A stretch of 32,000 bases of DNA from Acaryochloris thomasi RCC1774 (lineage in GTDB: Bacteria; Cyanobacteriota; Cyanobacteriia; Thermosynechococcales; Thermosynechococcaceae): NCBI RefSeq assembly GCF_003231495.1, contig NZ_PQWO01000017.1, forward strand, positions 65,794-97,793, given 5' to 3'. A program made the translations under genes and the position numbers. Of this stretch, positions 19,138 to 25,336 are shown piece after piece (within the stretch, counting starts at the first letter, position 1; every line of letters begins with the position of its first letter). Below the pieces are notes generated by a model, which was given only the letters and a program-made list of their open reading frames with translations, ran no database searches and had not been told where the DNA came from.

Positions 19138-19426
19138 GGTTCTGTTGCATTAACTTTTCAGGGCACAAGAATGGAAGCTTCCCCCTGATTTTTTAAACAG
19201 CAACCCCAAAGATCTCGGAAATGAAGTGATTCTGAGACCGGATATCTCCTTTCTCAATGCCGACGATCTGCCCCTTCCGAATCGCATTCATTGTCTCGTA
19301 TCCTCGTATCGTTCGCTTGGCGCTCCAGAAGTTCTGAAAGCCCAGTCCTGCCTTGACTTTATGTTTTATGAATCGGTGGTCCTGTTCCAAAATATTGTTC
19401 ATGTACTTCACCGGACGGTGTTCCGT
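19138..19426 (-). mobile_element. Truncated second copy of the same IS6-family element (tnp 3' end plus one IR only)
   Basis: 289 nt collinear with 17436-17724, with no indels and 3 substitutions seen. It starts with the identical IR GGTTCTGTTGCATTAAC, and identity stops abruptly after 19426. The remnant ORF is 19193..19411. Confidence 0.9.
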
Positions 19427-19595
19427 TTAGTAGTACCATTGCAAGGTCTCTCCAGAATCGAATGATTATTCGGGCTTACTGCGAGATGTAAGTCTAAGAA
19501 AAATCTATTTACTAAGTGTATATTCCAAAGAAGGAGAGCTATCTGCTTCAAAGAATATGGAGCTAGGATCTGAATGCAGGATTCTATTCGAATAC

Positions 19596-20801
19596 TCAGC
19601 TATTTGGCTTTTGATCAAGGCGAGTGGCCTGCTCAATAGCTGCAATTTCTTCAGCACGGCGAGCATAGGGCTGCAGACTCTCTAAATCCCAGCCGGTGAG
19701 AATGCTGAGATTTTCTAGACTCATGCCCCGCAGCAGCATATCGATACACCAAGTTTGTTGGGTTTGGGCAAGAATCGGTGATCCTTCGGGTGTGGTGATG
19801 CTGTCGGTCCAGAGTTGCCAGCGGGTTTTGATGTTTGCAATCGCAACTGGTTGATCTAATTCATTCAAAAACAAATGAGGCTGCTTGTCTTTGCGACTTT
19901 TGAGCCATTTAGTCAGAGGGTTCGCCGTATATGACCCGTAGCGATTGCCCATGATCCACTGGTTCACGGGGACCTGTCGAGTCCCAACCTGGAGGAGATG
20001 CTGATGGCTATCGCAGATTTGTTGCGATCGCATCAACCCCACAACATCTTTTGCCGCAACCCCAGCCCCAAACAAAACATAGGCCAACGCATAGTCCTGC
20101 AGACTTACCTTCTTCGCCTGCCGCAAAATTTGATGGACTAGAGAAGCCGACAAATCTGCAACGCTAGCTTCGGCCACGGGTGCTTCTGACACCCGCGAGA
20201 GCGCTGATGATGGAGACACTTCCGCTCCCTGCAAAAGCTGTACTACATGATCGAGAAATGCGTCTCGGCTCTCCCAAAGCTGATGGAACTCGCTCGTGAA
20301 CTCAATTACCGCATAGCCCAGCAGCATTCCGTTAAGCAGCCCCGCCAACTTCTCCGCCGGAAGCCGTGCCTGAAAGTCACCTCGGTTAATACCCTGCTGC
20401 AGATATTGAGCCACATAACGATTGGCCTCCGTTAGCCCTTGCCCTAACGCCCGCCGATGCTCCTCCGGATACTGATCCGCCTCCCCCACCAGCGACCGAA
20501 TCAGCTTCGGCACCCGCTCCAGCGCATGCAAGTAAACACTTGCATACTGCCTTAATCCCTGCCCCGCACTGCCGGTCGAGCTACCTTGCACCAGAGATTC
20601 CCCCAGGGCTTTCAAAGCAGCAGACTCTTCTAACACCGCCAGCAAGAGGCCATGCTTATTGCCAAACTGCCGGAAAAGCGTCACCTCGTTCACGTCCGCT
20701 GCTTCAGCAATCTGACGCGTCGTCGTTCCATTCACTCCCTGAGCCATAAATAACTCTAAGGCAGACTTAATCAGACGTTGACGGGTTGATCGGGAAGCCA
20801 T
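19596..20801 (-). CDS. TetR/AcrR-family regulator with a long extra C-terminal domain (tyrosine-recombinase-like, apparently inactive)
   Basis: The N-terminal TetR HTH is RQRLIKSALELFMAQGVNGTTTRQIAEAADVNEVTLFRQFGNKHGLL. The total of 401 aa from ATG 20801 is about twice the normal TetR length. See findings for the C-terminal analysis. Confidence 0.8.
   Translation of the reverse strand: MASRSTRQRLIKSALELFMAQGVNGTTTRQIAEAADVNEVTLFRQFGNKHGLLLAVLEESAALKALGESLVQGSSTGSAGQGLRQYASVYLHALERVPKLIRSLVGEADQYPEEHRRALGQGLTEANRYVAQYLQQGINRGDFQARLPAEKLAGLLNGMLLGYAVIEFTSEFHQLWESRDAFLDHVVQLLQGAEVSPSSALSRVSEAPVAEASVADLSASLVHQILRQAKKVSLQDYALAYVLFGAGVAAKDVVGLMRSQQICDSHQHLLQVGTRQVPVNQWIMGNRYGSYTANPLTKWLKSRKDKQPHLFLNELDQPVAIANIKTRWQLWTDSITTPEGSPILAQTQQTWCIDMLLRGMSLENLSILTGWDLESLQPYARRAEEIAAIEQATRLDQKPNS
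20526..20545. promoter_or_regulatory. Perfect palindrome ATGCAAGT-AAAC-ACTTGCAT inside the TetR CDS
   Basis: The 8-bp arms are identical to the arms of the intergenic boxes. It is read as codons for ASVYLHA. Confidence 0.5.
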
Positions 20802-20810
20802 AAGCCAGAA

Positions 20811-20828
20811 ATGCAAGTAACACTTGCA
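20811..20828. promoter_or_regulatory. Candidate TetR operator box 1 (TGCAAGT-AAC-ACTTGCA)
   Basis: A 7-3-7 perfect inverted repeat starting 10 nt upstream of the TetR ATG. The 17-mer ATGCAAGTAACACTTGC is repeated exactly at 20859. Confidence 0.55.
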
Positions 20829-20858
20829 GAATCAAATTAAACTTGTTAGCATTGGGCT

Positions 20859-20875
20859 ATGCAAGTAACACTTGC
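20859..20875. promoter_or_regulatory. Candidate TetR operator box 2
   Basis: Exact second copy of ATGCAAGTAACACTTGC, 48 bp from box 1 and about 100 nt upstream of the desC ATG. Confidence 0.55.
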
Positions 20876-20974
20876 TTTCTTACTGTAGCGGTCAAGCGAC
20901 GAAAAATCGAGGTTGCTTTGGCGCTCTTAACCCCTGGCTTGAATAGAGTCGGCGATTTATTCTTAGGATTGGTT

Positions 20975-21835
20975 ATGACAGCACAAACTTTGGGTACTGC
21001 CCCTGGCAGCGATTTGCCTGCGCTTAATTGGACGAATGTGGGCTTCTTTGCCGCTTTCCATGCGGTCGCACTGCTGGCTCCCCTTTACTTCTCTTGGTCG
21101 GCGCTTGGCGTTGCCGTTCTCTTGCACTGGCTATTTGGCGGTATTGGGATTTGTCTGGGCTATCACCGGCTGCTCAGCCACCGAAGTTTTCAAGTACCAA
21201 AGTGGTTGGAATATGCGATCGCACTTCTAGGCGCAATGGCAATCCAAGGCAGTCCAACCTTTTGGGTCGGTGGTCATCGTCAGCATCACGCCCACACCGA
21301 AGACGTCATTAAAGACCCCTACTCAGCCGAGCGAGGCTTCTGGTGGAGCCATATTCTCTGGGTTCTCTACCCCAAAAAAGATTTTTTTGACCCGCAACAG
21401 TACCGAAAGCTGGCGCCCGATCTCGCGAAACAGCCCTTTTATCGTTTCTTGGATCATGCTTTTCTGCTGCTTCAGCTTCCCTTAGCAGCCTTGCTGTATG
21501 CCTTTGGCGGCTGGTCCTTTGTGATTTATGGCATCTTCGTTCGCTCTGTCCTGCTGTGGCACTCTACCTGGTTTGTGAACTCTGCCACCCATATGTTTGG
21601 GTATCGTACCTTTGAAGGCTCTGACGATGATGCTCGAAATCTTTGGTGGGTATCGCTTTTGACCTATGGTGAAGGCTGGCATAACAACCACCATGCCTAT
21701 CCCCATGTGGCTAAGTCAGGCTTTCGCTGGTGGGAGGTTGATGTGACCTGGTGGGCGATCTCAGTCTTGAAATCTGTGGGATTAGCAAAGAAGGTGACAC
21801 TGTATCCAGCTAAAGCCCACAACCAAAGTTCCTAA
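20975..21835 (+). CDS. desC: Acyl-lipid delta-9 fatty-acid desaturase
   Basis: Three His boxes are present: HRLLSH, HRQHH and HNNHH. It has the four-TM topology and length (286 aa from ATG 20975) of cyanobacterial DesC. Confidence 0.9.
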   Translation: MTAQTLGTAPGSDLPALNWTNVGFFAAFHAVALLAPLYFSWSALGVAVLLHWLFGGIGICLGYHRLLSHRSFQVPKWLEYAIALLGAMAIQGSPTFWVGGHRQHHAHTEDVIKDPYSAERGFWWSHILWVLYPKKDFFDPQQYRKLAPDLAKQPFYRFLDHAFLLLQLPLAALLYAFGGWSFVIYGIFVRSVLLWHSTWFVNSATHMFGYRTFEGSDDDARNLWWVSLLTYGEGWHNNHHAYPHVAKSGFRWWEVDVTWWAISVLKSVGLAKKVTLYPAKAHNQSS

Positions 21836-21901
21836 ACCCCATACAGACAAAAGTTTTGAAGAATTTTTGAGATTACCCTATTCACCGTGAGGTCGTGAGT
21901 A

Positions 21902-21907
21902 TATAAT
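21902..21907 (+). promoter_or_regulatory. Possible -10 hexamer (TATAAT) for the tRNA-Thr gene
   Basis: Consensus TATAAT lies 16 nt upstream of the mature tRNA 5' end. Only a weak -35 candidate is present (TTCACC, 21881-21886). Confidence 0.35.
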
Positions 21908-21922
21908 CGATAAGCATTCTTC

Positions 21923-21995
21923 GCTGGTGTAGCTCAGTTGGTAGAGCAGCTGATTTGTAATCAGCCGGTCGCATGTTCGAGTCATGTCACCAGCT
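21923..21995 (+). tRNA. tRNA-Thr (anticodon UGU)
   Basis: Folded by hand. Acceptor GCTGGTG/CACCAGC. D arm GCTC-AGTTGGTA-GAGC. Anticodon stem GCTGA/TCAGC with loop TT-TGT-AA. T arm GCATG-TTCGAGT-CATGT. The length is 73 nt and CCA is not encoded. Confidence 0.93.
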
Positions 21996-22007
21996 TCTCA
22001 ATCAAAA

Positions 22008-22037
22008 AGCCCTGTACAACCTGTACAGGGCTTTTTT
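22008..22037 (+). terminator. Rho-independent terminator after tRNA-Thr
   Basis: AGCCCTGTACA-ACC-TGTACAGGGCT (11-bp perfect stem) followed by a T-run. Confidence 0.85.
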
Positions 22038-22177
22038 CGGTTTGCTCTCAGTAATTCTCCTCAACCGTTGAAGATCGGCACGTTACTGAAATCATGCATC
22101 TTCGTTGAGCAACCGTTGAAAGGTCTCTATAGATTCAACGATGACTGCTTGCTTGAAGATGGTCTGGAGCGGGTTTG

Positions 22178-22831
22178 CTAGGCTGCGGCATCAAGTTGTT
22201 CGATATTCGTGAACCGGAATTCCTGGGCCTGCACTTGTCCCTCTGAGTCTGTTTCAATCAGACGGCGAGACAAGACAAAATAATTCCCGACCTGCTGGTA
22301 CTCATCTTCAAAGACACTCTTACCGCCCTTCTGCTCGCCCGATTTAGGATCGTGGTAAACCGAGTCATAACGATGAGACAGATATCCTTCTCCCGTGTCA
22401 TGACTACTAAAGGTATGAATCGTCACTACAACACCATGAATGTGACGGTGCACCATTGTCACTTCGTTGTCCTTGAGTTCATATTTATCACCTTCAGCTT
22501 TGCCACCCATTAAAATCTCCACGGCTCCGTCGGCTTTTGTCTCTCCAAACGAAAAAGAGTTCTTCCCGTGAGTTTCGTCAAAGGTGCGGCGGACCCGGTG
22601 AATGGACATTTCAAATAGTTGACCGTGAATCGCTTTCTTGGCGTCCTCATCTTCAACCCCAAGCACCTCTAGCTTCAGGTCTGCGCCGACACGCGCCTGT
22701 CCTTTAATTTCTTGGTCACCAGCTTTATAGGTCACATCAGCTGTATAACCAGGGAATCCTTTGTCCCAGGTGTAACGATTCTCGTAAGCAGCACGGAACA
22801 ATTCTTGAGCGCTTAATGTACTGGCTATCAT
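22178..22831 (-). CDS. Conserved hypothetical protein (resembles the cyanobacterial/plant DUF3386 family)
   Basis: A clean 217-aa ORF with core-like codon usage. The family assignment is from memory of the N-terminal ELFRAAYENRYTWDKGFPGY-type motif only. Confidence 0.5.
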   Translation of the reverse strand: MIASTLSAQELFRAAYENRYTWDKGFPGYTADVTYKAGDQEIKGQARVGADLKLEVLGVEDEDAKKAIHGQLFEMSIHRVRRTFDETHGKNSFSFGETKADGAVEILMGGKAEGDKYELKDNEVTMVHRHIHGVVVTIHTFSSHDTGEGYLSHRYDSVYHDPKSGEQKGGKSVFEDEYQQVGNYFVLSRRLIETDSEGQVQAQEFRFTNIEQLDAAA

Positions 22832-23132
22832 AATTCTCTCCTATTGATCTGAACGCTTATGAACACAAATTCCTAGATGAACGATGCACGCATGAAGTTG
22901 GCAACTGCGCTAACGTCACGCTTATGAAAGGGTGACATCAGATCATCGAGTTGAGGACATTGGCGTATTGTTATCTTACTCAAGGGTGAGGGCTTAAGAC
23001 AGCTTGGGGTTGTGGGCCGTTCCGACATCGCTCACTTTCCTCATACCAGTACATTCGCTGATTCGACATTTCAAACCGCGAAGAATCGGTATTGCTTTGA
23101 ACTGAGAGACAGTAGATAAATTGTTTCACTCT

Positions 23133-23148
23133 AAGCTGACAACAGCTT
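23133..23148. promoter_or_regulatory. Inverted repeat AAGCTG-ACAA-CAGCTT abutting the BlaI-family gene start
   Basis: Perfect 6-bp arms, ending 3 nt before ATG 23152. Confidence 0.35.
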
Positions 23149-23151
23149 AAA

Positions 23152-23595
23152 ATGGGGGAAATTACACCCAGGCTATGCATGGCTGCCCTCCCGAACTACC
23201 GCCCCCAGCAACTTTCCCTTGGTCCTCTAGAAGAAGAAATTTTCACGATTGTCTGGGAACTAGGTCCGGCCACTGTAAAGGCCGTCCACGACAAGATTCT
23301 GACACAGCCCAACCGAGAATTGGCCTACACCTCTGTCACGACAGTTCTCAACCGGCTCACTAAGAAAGGGTGGCTCGCCTGCGATAAACACAACCGCAGC
23401 TTCACCTGGAAAGCCCTTTTATCGCCTGCACAGGCGCAGTCCCTGTGGGCACACAAGCATCTGCAGCAGTTTCTAGCCGTAGGAAATGCCGATGTGGTGG
23501 CCACCTTCGCCGATAGCCTCGATCAGGCTAGTGTGGAACAGATAGATGCGATCGCAAAAAAAATCAAAGACGCTCGCAAGGCACGGGAGGACTGA
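23152..23595 (+). CDS. BlaI/MecI/CopY-family winged-helix repressor (PetR-like)
   Basis: LGPLEEEIFTIVWELGPATVKAVHDKI...LAYTSVTTVLNRLTKKGWL matches the Penicillinase_R family pattern. An alternative start is ATG 23179. Confidence 0.8.
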   Translation: MGEITPRLCMAALPNYRPQQLSLGPLEEEIFTIVWELGPATVKAVHDKILTQPNRELAYTSVTTVLNRLTKKGWLACDKHNRSFTWKALLSPAQAQSLWAHKHLQQFLAVGNADVVATFADSLDQASVEQIDAIAKKIKDARKARED

Positions 23596-23598
23596 CCC

Positions 23599-24435
23599 AT
23601 GCATGTACTCCTGATCCTCAGTGCCCTAGTTCTAGCCTACGGATTACGACTCAATTGGCCACTTGCCGCAGTCGATACACATCAATGGCAGCAGGCCCTA
23701 GTTCGCTTTTTAGTGCCGCCCCTGCTGCTCTTGATGACCGCAATCTCCATCCTGCTGATGGGACCGCAGGGCCAAATGATCTGGGGCCATACAGGTTGGA
23801 CCAGTACGCTACTGGCCGCTAGCTTTTTGGTCATTCTATTAATTGCAGGCCTACGTTACACCCACCGAGCTTGGCAAACACTGCATCAGCTCAACCACTA
23901 TCCCTGTATAAAACTCCACAATCAAACGGGACGCTACCTCAATACCTCCACCCCCTTCATCGCCCGAATGGGCTTTTGGAAATCTGAGCTAGTGTTTAGC
24001 CAAGGATTGCTCGATACCTTCACACCAGAACAAATTGCCGCCATTCTGGTTCACGAACAGGCTCACCAGCACTATCGAGATACCTTTTGGTTTTTTTGGC
24101 TGGGATGGATTCATCAGTGGACACGATGGCTACCTGAAGCTGAAGCCATCTGGCAAGAATTATTGATTTTGCGGGAGCTACGGGCTGACCGATGGGCCGC
24201 ACAGCGAGTTGACGGTCTCTTGCTAGCAGAATCGCTGATGCTCATGGTGCAGTCGCCGCTATGGTCTGATGCCCTCTGTGCCTCCTTTAGCCCCGCCGCA
24301 CCTCAAAGTCGCATCGAAGAGCGCATCGATGCACTGTTAGCAGCTCCAGAAGAAACCGCAGGCCCCAGTGCTAGGTCGTGGAGCTGGATCCTGTTAGCAT
24401 TATTGCCGCTTTTAACTGTGCCCTTTCACCACTGA
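23599..24435 (+). CDS. M56 (BlaR1-type) membrane zinc metalloprotease without a sensor domain (PetP-like)
   Basis: It starts 3 nt after the repressor stop. It has multiple TM helices and the HExxH motif in ILVHEQAHQHYRD. No penicillin-binding or other extracytoplasmic sensor domain is present. Confidence 0.8.
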   Translation: MHVLLILSALVLAYGLRLNWPLAAVDTHQWQQALVRFLVPPLLLLMTAISILLMGPQGQMIWGHTGWTSTLLAASFLVILLIAGLRYTHRAWQTLHQLNHYPCIKLHNQTGRYLNTSTPFIARMGFWKSELVFSQGLLDTFTPEQIAAILVHEQAHQHYRDTFWFFWLGWIHQWTRWLPEAEAIWQELLILRELRADRWAAQRVDGLLLAESLMLMVQSPLWSDALCASFSPAAPQSRIEERIDALLAAPEETAGPSARSWSWILLALLPLLTVPFHH

Positions 24436-24465
24436 AGAGATTGATCTTCAAAGAATAACGCCCCA

Positions 24466-25296
24466 ATGAACTTACTCATCCAGCGCCAGACTGATTTTAA
24501 TCTCAGCAGTCGCAACGCCTGGGATGTCTTTGCCGACCACCGCGATCGCGTCACCTCACAACTCATGCAGGGAGTAGATGGCTCTCGTTTATGCATTTTG
24601 GGCGCCGGGAACTGTAATGACTTGGATTTGCAAACACTCGTTCAATTTCACCGTGAAGTTCACCTCGTTGACATTGATACAAACGCATTAGACCAAGGTG
24701 TTGTAAGACAGAACCTTGCGAACCACTCTCGTATTCATGTTCACGGCGATATTGATTTAACAGGAATGCTAGATCAAATAGCCAACTGGTCTTCAGATAC
24801 CCATGTTTCAGAGACCGATATTGCAGCCTTTTTAGATCACCCCATTCATAGCCTAAAAAGGATTCCTGGTCCTTTCGATGTTGTTGCTTCCACCTGCATT
24901 CTGAGTCAGTTGATCAAAACTGTCGTTGATGCTGTCGGAGAGGAGCATCAACGATTTCTAGCGTTAATTCAAGCCATTCGGATGGGGCATCTGCGGCACC
25001 TGATGCAGCTAACAGTCTCAGGTGGCACTAGCTTACTGTTTACAGATGTCGTCTCTTCAACCTCCTATCCAGGATTGGCATCAGTGCCGACACACAATCT
25101 CAGCCAAGTATTGAGTCAACTGATTAAAGACGGCAATTTCTTCCACGGGGTCAACCCAGCAGTGTTAATGAATCTCTTTCGCCAAGATCCTGAGTTGAGC
25201 GAGCAAGTTACCACGATAGAACCGATTGGTCCCTGGCTCTGGGATCTTGGTCCTCGCAGCTATGCCGTCGTTGCATTGAAGCTCAAGAGAAGGTGA
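24466..25296 (+). CDS. Hypothetical protein with a class-I SAM-methyltransferase-like Rossmann fold
   Basis: Motif I-like ILGAGNCND. An acidic strand end follows (VHLVDID), then GDID and DVVASTCILSQL (motif IV-like). It lies 30 nt downstream of the M56 gene on the same strand. Confidence 0.5.
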   Translation: MNLLIQRQTDFNLSSRNAWDVFADHRDRVTSQLMQGVDGSRLCILGAGNCNDLDLQTLVQFHREVHLVDIDTNALDQGVVRQNLANHSRIHVHGDIDLTGMLDQIANWSSDTHVSETDIAAFLDHPIHSLKRIPGPFDVVASTCILSQLIKTVVDAVGEEHQRFLALIQAIRMGHLRHLMQLTVSGGTSLLFTDVVSSTSYPGLASVPTHNLSQVLSQLIKDGNFFHGVNPAVLMNLFRQDPELSEQVTTIEPIGPWLWDLGPRSYAVVALKLKRR

Positions 25297-25336
25297 GACA
25301 CATTTCAGTTTAGTTGCAGCCCGCTAAGAGATTGAC

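Noticed and set aside
19427-19595. AT-rich 170 bp after the truncated IS copy, with scattered ATTCGAAT-like palindromes, considered as the end of a second mobile element that caused the truncation
   Set aside because: I found no convincing inverted repeat, ORF or repeat partner in the window. It remains an unexplained junction only.
22013-22027. TACA-N3-TGTA element resembling a CopY/BlaI 'TACAnnTGTA' box
   Set aside because: It is the stem of the strong terminator hairpin after tRNA-Thr, the spacing differs from the cop box, and it lies 1.1 kb from the BlaI-family gene.
21984-22181. 65-aa ORF starting inside tRNA-Thr
   Set aside because: It begins within the tRNA T-arm and reads through the rho-independent terminator, so it is not plausible as a gene.
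22712-22724. 10-nt match (TCACCAGCTT) to the tRNA-Thr 3' end, considered as an att-type direct repeat marking an integrated island
   Set aside because: It is too short to be significant and lies inside a well-formed core-like CDS. No integrase or compositional break lies between it and the tRNA.
22980-23180. 66-aa minus-strand ORF in the DUF3386-like / BlaI-family intergenic region
   Set aside because: It overlaps the start of the repressor gene in antisense, has no RBS or family resemblance, and has a Cys/Ser-rich odd composition.
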